Below are positions 9,864 to 18,705 of a stretch of 64,000 bases of DNA, in pieces; the first letter of the stretch is position 1, and each line of letters begins with the position of its first letter. The notes below the pieces were generated by a model. That model saw only the letters and a program-made list of their open reading frames with translations. It did no database searches and was not told where the DNA came from. The stretch is from Escherichia phage vB_EcoM_RZ, in sequence record MW598459. One strand, given 5' to 3'. Position numbers and translations under genes: made by a program.

Positions 9864-10055
9864 TTAATCAAAGTATTCATATGCGAACCAGGCATTGTGT
9901 CTGTTCGCGATTATTTTAACATATTCTTCACCGAAAGCGTTTTGCAAGTCACGTTCAGTGACAAGGTGTTCATCTTTCGAAAAGGTATTAACTAACACAT
10001 ACCGTTTAATTTCAGGGACAGCCAATAAATGCTGCCCGGTTAAGAAGTCAGCCAT
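9864..10055 (-). CDS. Hypothetical protein (63 aa, 45.2-like position)
   Basis: Track ORF co-directional between rpbA and 46. Confidence 0.4.
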   Translation of the reverse strand: MADFLTGQHLLAVPEIKRYVLVNTFSKDEHLVTERDLQNAFGEEYVKIIANRHNAWFAYEYFD

Positions 10056-10090
10056 AATAGCCTCTATTATAACATCCTTGTTTTAAAACA

Positions 10091-11773
10091 TTATTCCATA
10101 ACAGTGAATCGACCAACTTTTTTCATCTGGAGATGTTGTCCGTATGCTTCCGGGTCATGGTCTCGGTGACTGATGATAAAGATGTTGGTGTCTTCCAATT
10201 TGTTCAGGATGGTAGCAATTGCTTTAACACCCTCTACGTCAGTGGCCGAGTCAAAAACTTCATCCAGAATCAATGTGTTAATATTAACACCAGATACTTT
10301 CGCAGCAATATCGCGCCATGTAAACAGCAATGCAATATCTATACGAGCTTTTTCGCCCTGGCTAAATGATGCATAACTAAAGTCTTCACGACCACGAGAT
10401 TTAATCGTTTCGTTGAACTCTTCATCTAACGTAAAGCTATAATCAGCTTCCATAACTTTAAGATAAGCGTTTATCTGCTTATTAAAGATAGGAATATATT
10501 TCTTAATAATCGCGCCCTTAATACCAGAATCTTTCAACATATCCGTTAAGATACCACGTTGATATTTTTCCATCACAAGGTCGGATTTTTGTTTGACTAT
10601 TTTATCAAGCTGGTCTTGAAGCATTTTAATGTCTGCTGCATGGTCAATAAATTCCGACTTAGCTTGCTCGATTAATGCTTTAACCTTTTTAGCTTTTTCG
10701 ACAGTCTGGACTAAGGTTTGTTTCTTAGTTTGAATGTCTTGAGCTATTGTACGCTGGTTTTGTCTTGCCTTGGTATACGCATCAAATTGCTCTTGAACAG
10801 CATTCTGGCGAGCTTTATGCTTATCAGCTGATGCATTACATTCTTCAATCTTTGACTCAATCCTGGCGACAATAGGGTCTCCTGGATGCAACTGACTGGC
10901 ACAAGTCTGACAACAACCGCCCTTCTCGTACAGACCAACAACCTTTCGGTAATCGTCAATCTTCGATTTAATCAGGAATGATTCCTGCTTTAACTTTGTG
11001 AGTTCGTGCTCGGGGTCTTCTCCCAAAATTATCTCGGTCAGTCTTGTTGTTGCTTCTTCGATAGTTGTCTTGATTCCACGTGCTTCTGTAGCAAGTTCAT
11101 CATACATCGTTTGCAGCCGCAACAGATTATCACCTGACAATTTTCTTTGACGGTCTTCGTTGTCCTGATAGATTTTAATCTGTTGAACGATACCGTCATG
11201 CTGTACATCCATAACCTGGATTTGGCTATTGACTTCGCGGATAAGAGATTTGTTCAGCTTATCCATATCGGCCAGTACAGAAACCTCTAAAAGGTCTTCG
11301 ACAAGCTTTCTTCTGGCAGGAGTGGATAGGCCCATAAAAGGGGTATATCCAGCTGTGCCGAGTACGACAATTTGTTTGAAACTGGCGTATGACATTCCGA
11401 TAAGCTGTTCAAATTCCGCTTGGAAGTCTTTACTGCTGGCAGATTCATCAAGACGTTTACCGCCACAAGAGATTTCAAAAACATTGGGTTTTTGCCCGCG
11501 TTTGATATAGTATTCTTTTCCATCATATTCCATCCACAATTCAACGAGCATATCTTTTTTGTTGCTCGAGTTAATCAACTGGCCTTTCTTTACATCACGG
11601 AAAGGCTTACCGAACATAGCAAAGGTAACCGCTTCAAGGAACGTAGATTTACCCGCGCCATTCTTGCCGGTGACCAGAGTTTTCTGGACTTTATCCAGTT
11701 CAACAGTAATCGGTTGAGCACCAACCGACATAATATTTTTATAGATAACTTTCTTAAGCTTAAAAGTCTTCAC
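10091..11773 (-). CDS. 46: Recombination nuclease subunit gp46 (SbcC/Rad50-like ATPase, 560 aa)
   Basis: Track ORF; N-terminal Walker A GKNGAGKST, long coiled coil with CxxC zinc hook (GGCCQTC), C-terminal Walker B LILDEVFD. Confidence 0.9.
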   Translation of the reverse strand: MKTFKLKKVIYKNIMSVGAQPITVELDKVQKTLVTGKNGAGKSTFLEAVTFAMFGKPFRDVKKGQLINSSNKKDMLVELWMEYDGKEYYIKRGQKPNVFEISCGGKRLDESASSKDFQAEFEQLIGMSYASFKQIVVLGTAGYTPFMGLSTPARRKLVEDLLEVSVLADMDKLNKSLIREVNSQIQVMDVQHDGIVQQIKIYQDNEDRQRKLSGDNLLRLQTMYDELATEARGIKTTIEEATTRLTEIILGEDPEHELTKLKQESFLIKSKIDDYRKVVGLYEKGGCCQTCASQLHPGDPIVARIESKIEECNASADKHKARQNAVQEQFDAYTKARQNQRTIAQDIQTKKQTLVQTVEKAKKVKALIEQAKSEFIDHAADIKMLQDQLDKIVKQKSDLVMEKYQRGILTDMLKDSGIKGAIIKKYIPIFNKQINAYLKVMEADYSFTLDEEFNETIKSRGREDFSYASFSQGEKARIDIALLFTWRDIAAKVSGVNINTLILDEVFDSATDVEGVKAIATILNKLEDTNIFIISHRDHDPEAYGQHLQMKKVGRFTVME

Positions 11774-11988
11774 AAAAGATTCCTTTTAATGTATCTTTTA
11801 GACCATTCTATCATATCATCATAATCTAAAAAGCATTCATCAAATTCAGCCATGCAAACCACTCCCTGCGCCGTTTTTGATGTGATATAAATTATTCCGA
11901 CATATCTAGAATTTTCTTCGGTATAATCAATATTTGCTACAAATTCATCATCAAGATTAAATTCAAAAGTCTTCATCATAATAAGCAT
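11770..11988 (-). CDS. Hypothetical protein (72 aa)
   Basis: Track ORF overlapping gene 46 start by 4 nt. Confidence 0.4.
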   Translation of the reverse strand: MLIMMKTFEFNLDDEFVANIDYTEENSRYVGIIYITSKTAQGVVCMAEFDECFLDYDDMIEWSKRYIKRNLL

Positions 11989-12226
11989 CCTTGATGCATG
12001 ATTCAGCCATATGAATTAATGTCTCTGGAGTATCATCTTCCATTACATTAAAGCTAAATTCTACGGCCCAATCGGTGACTACATAGACTTTGATAAGTTG
12101 ACCGGTTTCCCGGTCGGTGATAGCTTCAAACCAATACTTAATAGTATTCGGTTGATTATCGTCGTCAACCACATCACATTCGCGGATATGCTCAAGCCCC
12201 GCTTCATTAAAATCGTAAAGTCTCAC
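11963..12226 (-). CDS. Hypothetical acidic protein (87 aa)
   Basis: Track ORF co-directional between 47 and 46. Confidence 0.4.
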   Translation of the reverse strand: MRLYDFNEAGLEHIRECDVVDDDNQPNTIKYWFEAITDRETGQLIKVYVVTDWAVEFSFNVMEDDTPETLIHMAESCIKDAYYDEDF

Positions 12227-13242
12227 GGTTGCACCTCAAGATATAATTTGTTGGCCAATGCTTTGAGAGCTTTTGATTCTTTCTCATTGGCATCAGGTAA
12301 TGCATCGATATATTCTGCCATCATATCAGTTAAGCGTTTTATGTCTAACTCTTCTTCGGAGTCAGTCGTATCAACACTATTGTCAACCTTATTGACCACA
12401 CGCAAATCATGCACGCGCTTTTCTAATTCAGATTCAAACTTGGTCAGGTCTTTATCGACTTTTTCTACAATAACACGGACTGATAAGTCTTTAAAGTCGT
12501 CGTAGTTAATAGTTTCGTTTGGATAGAAAATCTTCCGATGCCAGGTGGTTTCATTCGGAATAAATTTCATCTCTTCGGTTTCGGTGTCAAATTCCCAAAA
12601 CCCACGAGGGTCATTCTCATCACCTGCTGTTAATGTCCATGGTGTCCCTATGTACTTAACGTTTGCAGCTTCTGAAATGGTATGGAAGTGTCCAGACCAA
12701 ACTTGCTTGTACTTCTTAAGGAAATCAGGCTCAAGCCCGTGGGATTTCAATCCTTTATAGAAATAAAACCCGGACAATTCCCAGTGACCAATGCAATATT
12801 CAGCACCAGAAGTTTTGATGTGTTGATGAATGTCAGTCGCGTTCTCGTCACACATCCATGGAATCATATCAATCTGACAGCCGTCAAAATCAACAGTCGT
12901 TGGCTTGTCGTAGATTTTAACATGGTCATACTTATTCAGGAGTTCGGTGATAGCATTAGGATGAATCTTATTCTTCAGATTCATGTCATGGTTCCCGACT
13001 ATCGTGTGCATAGTAATTCCTGCTTCACGAAGGAGTTCCATAATCTCGCGACTGAATTCCATCGTCTTATGCGTTACGGCCTTACGGACGTCAAAGATAT
13101 CACCATATTGAATCCAGACTTTAATTCCATTCGCCTTAGAATATGCAATCGCCTGTAAAATACCATCACGTTGAATGTTTTGAGCCCATGGGTCGTCAGC
13201 TTTGACACCTAAGTGCCAATCACCTAAATTTAAAATTTTCAT
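12223..13242 (-). CDS. 47: Recombination nuclease subunit gp47 (SbcD/Mre11-like phosphoesterase)
   Basis: Track ORF 12223..13269; ATG at 13242 gives MKILNLGDWHLG calcineurin-like motif I, later GNHD; T4 gp47 synteny. Confidence 0.9.
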   Translation of the reverse strand: MKILNLGDWHLGVKADDPWAQNIQRDGILQAIAYSKANGIKVWIQYGDIFDVRKAVTHKTMEFSREIMELLREAGITMHTIVGNHDMNLKNKIHPNAITELLNKYDHVKIYDKPTTVDFDGCQIDMIPWMCDENATDIHQHIKTSGAEYCIGHWELSGFYFYKGLKSHGLEPDFLKKYKQVWSGHFHTISEAANVKYIGTPWTLTAGDENDPRGFWEFDTETEEMKFIPNETTWHRKIFYPNETINYDDFKDLSVRVIVEKVDKDLTKFESELEKRVHDLRVVNKVDNSVDTTDSEEELDIKRLTDMMAEYIDALPDANEKESKALKALANKLYLEVQP

Positions 13243-13382
13243 AAGCCAAGCGCCATTATCGCAATGCAAAATAAAATTATTGAAATGAACCCGTCAGGAG
13301 TAGAAAAGAATCCTATCCAACAAGCTCGTGTGAATGTGTAGAATGCCATGAATAACACGACATATCCTAAAAATAATTCCAT
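13239..13382 (-). CDS. Small membrane protein (47 aa), hypothetical
   Basis: Hand-translated ORF MELFLGYVVLFMAFYTFTRACWIGFF...; stop overlaps gene 47 ATG. Confidence 0.3.
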   Translation of the reverse strand: MELFLGYVVLFMAFYTFTRACWIGFFSTPDGFISIILFCIAIMALGL

Positions 13383-13426
13383 ATACTCTCCTCAGTTGGT
13401 TCATTTTATCATCCCGAATATAAAGC

Positions 13427-13449
13427 AAAAAAGGAAGCACTAGGCTTCC
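13427..13449 (-). terminator. Intrinsic terminator hairpin (GGAAGC-ACTAG-GCTTCC) followed by U-run on minus strand
   Basis: Inverted repeat with A6 on plus strand (T-run on the transcribed minus strand). Confidence 0.45.
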
Positions 13450-13694
13450 TTTCCAATTAATACACCATACAGAGGTTCGCGATTAGACTTGAACTTGATT
13501 TTCTTATGGGTAATAGTACCTTCATTTTCTGCTTTAATACGAGCGGCTTCAAATTGAAGTATCATCTCATTTTTGTCAGATTTAATCTTATCAAAATCCG
13601 TCGAATTCGTCATTCATATAGCCTCTTAAACTTTTTCGTATTCGTCATTCATAAGTTTAAAAATCCGGGTGTTCGTCTTCAAAGCAACCGATAT

Positions 13695-13895
13695 TCATCG
13701 CTGCCACCACTTCTTAAGTTGATGTGAATCCACCCAAACCTTGGCCACGGGCTCAATCTGAAAAATACCATCAGAATACTGCCCAACCATTTTATATTCG
13801 GTTTCGGTCTGCTTGATACAGATATTACCGTATGAGCGAAGTCTGAAAGCGGCTCCAACAAGAAGCCGTTTAAAAGGTTTATTTACTAATGCCAT
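13695..13895 (-). CDS. Hypothetical protein (66 aa)
   Basis: Track ORF. Confidence 0.3.
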   Translation of the reverse strand: MALVNKPFKRLLVGAAFRLRSYGNICIKQTETEYKMVGQYSDGIFQIEPVAKVWVDSHQLKKWWQR

Positions 13896-14190
13896 TTACG
13901 ATTTCCCAAATTTGTTTGCGAGTAGTTTCCCACATCAACTTAATCAGGTCTTCCGTAACTGGTTGGCGGTAAATTCCACGCAGTTTAACTAAAGCATATT
14001 TGTATGCTTCAAAATTGTTTTCCAGCACCGCCCCTTGAGCATGCTTATTCAGTCGTGCAATTTCACGAGCATTCTTTTTCAGAATCTTTGCTGCTTGACT
14101 CTGTGCTTCGAGTGCGTTCGCTTCTTCGAGACGTTCCTGTGCTTCTTCAATCTGCTTATCGGTCAGTTGAGAAATATCTGGAGCTTGCAT
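13879..14190 (-). CDS. Hypothetical protein (103 aa)
   Basis: Track ORF co-directional upstream of the former. Confidence 0.45.
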   Translation of the reverse strand: MQAPDISQLTDKQIEEAQERLEEANALEAQSQAAKILKKNAREIARLNKHAQGAVLENNFEAYKYALVKLRGIYRQPVTEDLIKLMWETTRKQIWEIVNGISK

Positions 14191-14191
14191 A

Positions 14192-14443
14192 TTAATCCTT
14201 GGGAGTTAACTCAATTGTAAAATATAGATTAGCATTATCCACATGATAACGGTAATCAACGTTATTATCCGGCGAAGTAAATTCCAAATTCCGGACGTTT
14301 AAAGGGTCGATATCAATTGGAAGACCTTTTATGTCTCGCAGATAAAGTTTAATGAAATATGGGAGCGCAGTAAAGTCTTCCTCGATTTTATCTAAAAAAT
14401 CGGTAATATCAAATTGATGTTCCATATAAAAAATCCAAATCAC
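14192..14443 (-). CDS. Hypothetical protein (83 aa)
   Basis: Track ORF directly downstream of gene 55. Confidence 0.4.
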   Translation of the reverse strand: MIWIFYMEHQFDITDFLDKIEEDFTALPYFIKLYLRDIKGLPIDIDPLNVRNLEFTSPDNNVDYRYHVDNANLYFTIELTPKD

Positions 14444-14966
14444 CTTCTTTATCTTTGGCGCTCTTATCAGACCCTGGCGCTTTAACTAAAGAGGATTCGT
14501 ACTGTGTCATTTTGTCATAGATGTCCTGGATAAATGTTTCATCAGCCAGAGCCACCATATCGTCGTCACGTGAATCATACACGTTATGAACGAAGTAGCT
14601 ATATTTCTTTGCCATTTCTTTACGTTCTTTTTTGATACGCTGAACGAAAGCATTGAAGCAAGCCATTGTTATGTAAGCATGTGGATTATCGTATTTTGTT
14701 TCGTCGAAGTTATGAAGACCTTTTATTGCGGCCTCAATTCCATCCGCTATCATTTCTTGCTTCCAGGATTGGGTATATCCGGAGAAGTTGAAACGTTTGC
14801 TAAGACCTTCGGCTATAAGCATAATTGCCAGGCCAATAACATCGTTCTGGCGAATAATTTTGTTCGGGTCGGTGTTCGCATTCAGCTTCTGTTTCCACTC
14901 CGAAATAGCTTTCAAAAGCTCTTTATTATTTACATAGTTATTCTTGGTTAATTTAATTTCGTTCAT
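14409..14966 (-). CDS. 55: Late transcription sigma factor gp55 (185 aa)
   Basis: Track ORF; matches T4 gp55 from memory ([42 protein letters not shown]). Confidence 0.9.
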   Translation of the reverse strand: MNEIKLTKNNYVNNKELLKAISEWKQKLNANTDPNKIIRQNDVIGLAIMLIAEGLSKRFNFSGYTQSWKQEMIADGIEAAIKGLHNFDETKYDNPHAYITMACFNAFVQRIKKERKEMAKKYSYFVHNVYDSRDDDMVALADETFIQDIYDKMTQYESSLVKAPGSDKSAKDKEGDLDFLYGTSI

Positions 14967-15014
14967 ATCGCCTCACTTAGTATATGAATATTATATCATC
15001 CTTTATACAAAGCA

Positions 15015-15281
15015 TTAGCGAAGTAAACAGTAAGCCTGGAAGACCTTCTCCATAATTGCCTTAAATTCATGGATGTCAATATAAGGGATAACCTCGGCAT
15101 CACTAATGAATTCCATCAAACGGTCATGCTCGTTGTGGTATTGTCCTTCATTCAGCATACTGATATGGGACTCCCAAGAGCCGTACCCTTCTGCGTGCGG
15201 GAAGAATGTTATTTTCATAAATTCATCCACCCAAAACGTTCCCAGGTCCTGGACGGATATCATTGTATGATTGATGTGCAT
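15015..15281 (-). CDS. Hypothetical protein (88 aa)
   Basis: Track ORF in 55.x-like array. Confidence 0.4.
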   Translation of the reverse strand: MHINHTMISVQDLGTFWVDEFMKITFFPHAEGYGSWESHISMLNEGQYHNEHDRLMEFISDAEVIPYIDIHEFKAIMEKVFQAYCLLR

Positions 15282-15547
15282 CAGTACACCATCTGAGCAG
15301 CTTCTAAAACATCGTCAAGCTTATCAAACTGGTCAACATAATCAATCCCACCTACTTCATCTTTGGCATACAACCAATACTGATGGAATTCATATTCAAT
15401 AATAAAGTGGTCACCTTCAATCTGGAGAACACCAACATCATTAAATTGAACTGCATAACCCGCCAGACGTACATCATTCAGGAGTTCTTCTTTCATAGTA
15501 ATCATTTCCAGGTTTTTATCGTAATTAGAGAGTTTTATTTTAATCAT
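15281..15547 (-). CDS. Hypothetical acidic protein (88 aa)
   Basis: Track ORF. Confidence 0.4.
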   Translation of the reverse strand: MIKIKLSNYDKNLEMITMKEELLNDVRLAGYAVQFNDVGVLQIEGDHFIIEYEFHQYWLYAKDEVGGIDYVDQFDKLDDVLEAAQMVY

Positions 15548-15788
15548 TTAAGTAGTCCAGGAATTCGTCTAATGTCATGCCTTCCGCCCAAGCTATTTTA
15601 GGGTCAGGCATTTTCATATAAGTGGTCTTAGAGCTTATAGGAAGTATCCTGAAATCATAATGACTTCCACGTAGCCTCTTAGCCTCTTTTATAATAGTTT
15701 CACTATTAACCATCATAGATGTACGTTGGAAACCAGATAAAGCTTTAAGGACGATTATGGCTGATACACCTTCTGGTAAATTATTCAT
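15540..15788 (-). CDS. Hypothetical protein (82 aa)
   Basis: Track ORF. Confidence 0.4.
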   Translation of the reverse strand: MNNLPEGVSAIIVLKALSGFQRTSMMVNSETIIKEAKRLRGSHYDFRILPISSKTTYMKMPDPKIAWAEGMTLDEFLDYLND

Positions 15789-16111
15789 TTCGCACCCTTA
15801 ACAATTTTCAGGTCAACAAAACCTTTCTTGCGCTGGGACTTCATACGCTTGATAGCTTTATCAGAAACTTCTTTGTTTTCGCGCAGAAGCGGCAGACCAA
15901 ACGCTACTACATCAAATTCGTTCAGGATATACTGGACAAGGCTTTCACGAATACGCGCTTTACCCATTGTCTGACCTTCTGCAATAATCAACTTCTGTAC
16001 ATCGCCTTCCCACTGGTCCAGAATCTCAGGGGTAACGAAACCAGATTTCATCAGAGTGTTAACTTTAGCAAATGCGAAATTAGCGATGGTGTTAGTGATA
16101 GATGCAGTCAT
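15785..16111 (-). CDS. Hypothetical protein (108 aa)
   Basis: Track ORF. Confidence 0.45.
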   Translation of the reverse strand: MTASITNTIANFAFAKVNTLMKSGFVTPEILDQWEGDVQKLIIAEGQTMGKARIRESLVQYILNEFDVVAFGLPLLRENKEVSDKAIKRMKSQRKKGFVDLKIVKGAK

Positions 16112-16183
16112 GATATATTCCTCAGTCTCATTAAATTAAAATTTTATTATCCTAGGGTCATTATACCATGACCCCGTTGGTTT

Positions 16184-16381
16184 TTACTGCGCTTTAGCGC
16201 CTTTCCAACCTTCATACATCATTGCGGCGGAAATTAATATTGCTCCTGCACATTTTGAATAATAGAGATTCCAAAACCAGTTTAGAAAAACTTCATCATC
16301 AATACCTTGAGCTATCATATTTTCAAAGAACTGACGACGAGATTCAGCAATTCGCTGTGATAATTTAGATTCAGGATTCAT
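16184..16381 (-). CDS. Hypothetical protein (65 aa)
   Basis: Track ORF. Confidence 0.35.
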   Translation of the reverse strand: MNPESKLSQRIAESRRQFFENMIAQGIDDEVFLNWFWNLYYSKCAGAILISAAMMYEGWKGAKAQ

Positions 16382-16606
16382 TTAAATTTTCCAGTTACCG
16401 TTTTCATCAATAAATTTAATCCAGTCATTTACTGACCACTTAGTTGTATCGCCTTTTGGAGCAGAATTTAAAGCGTATAATCCTTGTTTAAAAAGCATTC
16501 GTTTGATATTCATGTTTTCCTCAGCTGTAACGATAGCACTCGTTTGATTTACGTTTTGCAACAAGATGAGAAGTATTATAATCCAAATCATCCTCAACGT
16601 ATACAT
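16382..16606 (-). CDS. Hypothetical protein with hydrophobic N-terminus; start uncertain (internal Met at 16591 or 16513 possible)
   Basis: Track ORF; overlaps upstream ORF so true start is probably internal. Confidence 0.35.
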   Translation of the reverse strand: MYTLRMIWIIILLILLQNVNQTSAIVTAEENMNIKRMLFKQGLYALNSAPKGDTTKWSVNDWIKFIDENGNWKI

Positions 16607-16814
16607 CTTTTTTCAACTGACGAACTTCTTTACGAAGCTGGCGATTCATTTCATTCTTAACTTCAGAATCAACACCACGCATACGCTTCCATTTGTCTGA
16701 ACGGAAGATATTTTCTTCAACTTGTTCCTGACTTACACCATCAGGTGCCTGACGGCGTCCTGAATAATAAAAATCTTTTACAGACAATTCTTTGCGACGA
16801 ATAGTTTTACCCAT
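16521..16814 (-). CDS. Hypothetical basic protein (97 aa)
   Basis: Track ORF. Confidence 0.4.
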   Translation of the reverse strand: MGKTIRRKELSVKDFYYSGRRQAPDGVSQEQVEENIFRSDKWKRMRGVDSEVKNEMNRQLRKEVRQLKKDVYVEDDLDYNTSHLVAKRKSNECYRYS

Positions 16815-16816
16815 AG

Positions 16817-17071
16817 TTACCTCAGCAGTTTGTATCCAATAAGATTTTTAATGTACTGGATATCTTTGACATCCAAATCCAACTTAAGGTCTTTCAGACG
16901 GTCACCCAGGGTCAAAAAGGTTACATGTTTCCAATTCTTCACTGGGCAACAATAAGTCTTAGGACCATTTGCAATTTCAATATTCTTATCAGTGACGGTG
17001 ATAAAAATCAGGCGCTCATCATCAAGATTAAGGGTGGCGACATTTTTCATTGAATGTAATTTCAGGCTCAT
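16817..17071 (-). CDS. Hypothetical protein (84 aa)
   Basis: Track ORF. Confidence 0.4.
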   Translation of the reverse strand: MSLKLHSMKNVATLNLDDERLIFITVTDKNIEIANGPKTYCCPVKNWKHVTFLTLGDRLKDLKLDLDVKDIQYIKNLIGYKLLR

Positions 17072-17244
17072 AATTTAATTTCCTTAGCTACTGAACAAAA
17101 TACACCACGGTCACAAATCATTTTAATATTAAGGTCAATTATGGTATACCACACATCCAGACTAGATATTTCAGTTACTAGAACAGCTTTGCCGTTGATT
17201 GAATAATACTGGTTGACTTTAATTTCTTTATCTTGGATAGTCAT
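17068..17244 (-). CDS. Small hypothetical protein (58 aa)
   Basis: Hand-translated ORF MTIQDKEIKVNQYYSINGK... served by the early promoter at 17276-17305; stop overlaps next ATG. Confidence 0.35.
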   Translation of the reverse strand: MTIQDKEIKVNQYYSINGKAVLVTEISSLDVWYTIIDLNIKMICDRGVFCSVAKEIKL

Positions 17245-17275
17245 TATGTTTTCCTCATCATTAGTTGATGGGATA

Positions 17276-17305
17276 ATGATACACCGTTCAAAGGGGCTTG
17301 TACAC
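17276..17305 (-). promoter_or_regulatory. Early promoter (-35 GTGTAC, 18 bp, -10 TATCAT) embedded in hairpin AAGGGG/CCCCTT that also terminates nrdH
   Basis: Read on minus strand; conserved leader CCCATCAACTAATGAGGA follows. Confidence 0.5.
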
Positions 17306-17310
17306 CCCTT

Positions 17311-17628
17311 TTAATCTTCAATTAAGTCCTGGTCATATCCCAGGGATATCAGTTTTGTTTTAAAGGCAGGAATATTTGTCATTTTTTCATCATTGACAAA
17401 AATCACTGGGTAACGAATGTTAAGGGTAGGATATCCAGCACGCTTAGCCAAAGACACGATTAATGGCCTGTCATAAGCGATTTCAGAGCCTTGTTTGTTA
17501 AGGACTGAATAGAATGTATAAGGAAGGTTTAAGGAGCCCAGAAGGCTCCTGACGTGCATACAACCAGGGCATCGACCGACTTCTTCGGGGATACCATAGA
17601 TTTCAATCTTAGTCGAGTTTTGGCCCAC
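17311..17628 (-). CDS. nrdH: Glutaredoxin-like protein NrdH (105 aa, CPGC redox motif)
   Basis: Track ORF; CxxC active-site motif; position next to nrdG/nrdD as in T4. Confidence 0.6.
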   Translation of the reverse strand: MGQNSTKIEIYGIPEEVGRCPGCMHVRSLLGSLNLPYTFYSVLNKQGSEIAYDRPLIVSLAKRAGYPTLNIRYPVIFVNDEKMTNIPAFKTKLISLGYDQDLIED

Positions 17629-17908
17629 AGGAAATCACTCCTTGGTAGTTCCAGGTTTTAATAACTTCTTCATCGCTGGTGGTTGCATACGGGACATAAA
17701 CCTGAATAAGGAAACCTGTGTCATCGAAAGAGAAATAAACCGTCGGTTTGATTCCATGAATCTCAGATAGAGCATAGATATCTTTAAGGTCTTCTTCTTT
17801 ATCAGCAAAGAATTTCGGGTCCAGGTCACAGTCGTGGAAGTACCATTCATCACCGAACTTGTCCCACGCGGTCCAATTAGTAGCTACATATTCTTCAAAA
17901 CGTTTCAT
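17609..17908 (-). CDS. Hypothetical protein (99 aa)
   Basis: Track ORF. Confidence 0.4.
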   Translation of the reverse strand: MKRFEEYVATNWTAWDKFGDEWYFHDCDLDPKFFADKEEDLKDIYALSEIHGIKPTVYFSFDDTGFLIQVYVPYATTSDEEVIKTWNYQGVISCGPKLD

Positions 17909-18144
17909 TCTTTCACCTTCATCATTTTAGCAATAACACTATGCACAGCCTGGATTCGTTTGTCGAACTCAGACCCTTCGAGGCCCTTTTCAGTACTCAG
18001 GGCGCCAATCATCACAAACAGCAATCCAAATGGGATAACCAGGATTAAAAGGCACACAATAAACAGGACAAATGTAATATTGGCCAGGATATCAGAAACA
18101 GCATTACGAAATTTATTCATATTTACCCTTAATTGATTAACCAA
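17905..18144 (-). CDS. Hypothetical membrane protein (79 aa)
   Basis: Track ORF; one long hydrophobic segment. Confidence 0.4.
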   Translation of the reverse strand: MVNQLRVNMNKFRNAVSDILANITFVLFIVCLLILVIPFGLLFVMIGALSTEKGLEGSEFDKRIQAVHSVIAKMMKVKE

Positions 18145-18234
18145 GCATTGATAAGCACTAAACTATACTGCGAATAAAATTCTGGACCAAAATGAAAAAT
18201 CATATCATTTATAGTATCCATAATATAATTAAAT

Positions 18235-18705
18235 TTAATCATGTTTCCACACCCCATCGGTATTTGACCAAAGTCGCTGATTATCTGACCCTCGCCACAG
18301 TTTTTTGGTCGGAAGATTTTTCTCATACTTCCCATCAATAATAATATCAACATATTTAAGCATTTCTAGTTGTTTAATATCTTCAAACTTATATCCTGTC
18401 CACATCCAAATGCTTTTATTTGGATAAAGATTTTTAACAGTTTGAACCACAGAGTGAATAACATCTCGGTTATCAGGATAGAGAGGGTCTCCTCCGGTTA
18501 TAGTTAATCCTTCTATATAATCATTATTCAAACATTCAATTAATTGTTCTAGTGTTTCACCAGTGAATGGAATGCCATTTCTAGCATTCCATGTTGATTT
18601 ATTATAACACCCTTCACATTTATGCAAACAACCTGTGACGAAAAGAACGACCCTGCATCCAGGGCCATTCACAAAATCGCAAGGATAAAATCTATCATAA
18701 TTCAT
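18235..18705 (-). CDS. nrdG: Anaerobic ribonucleotide reductase activating protein NrdG (radical SAM)
   Basis: Track ORF; CxxxCxxC cluster CLHKCEGC; downstream of nrdD. Confidence 0.9.
   Translation of the reverse strand: MNYDRFYPCDFVNGPGCRVVLFVTGCLHKCEGCYNKSTWNARNGIPFTGETLEQLIECLNNDYIEGLTITGGDPLYPDNRDVIHSVVQTVKNLYPNKSIWMWTGYKFEDIKQLEMLKYVDIIIDGKYEKNLPTKKLWRGSDNQRLWSNTDGVWKHD

Noticed and set aside
13440-13613. 57-aa minus-strand ORF (MTNSTDFDKIK...)
   Set aside because: Runs through the hairpin terminator at 13427-13449 and has no clear RBS; left unannotated.
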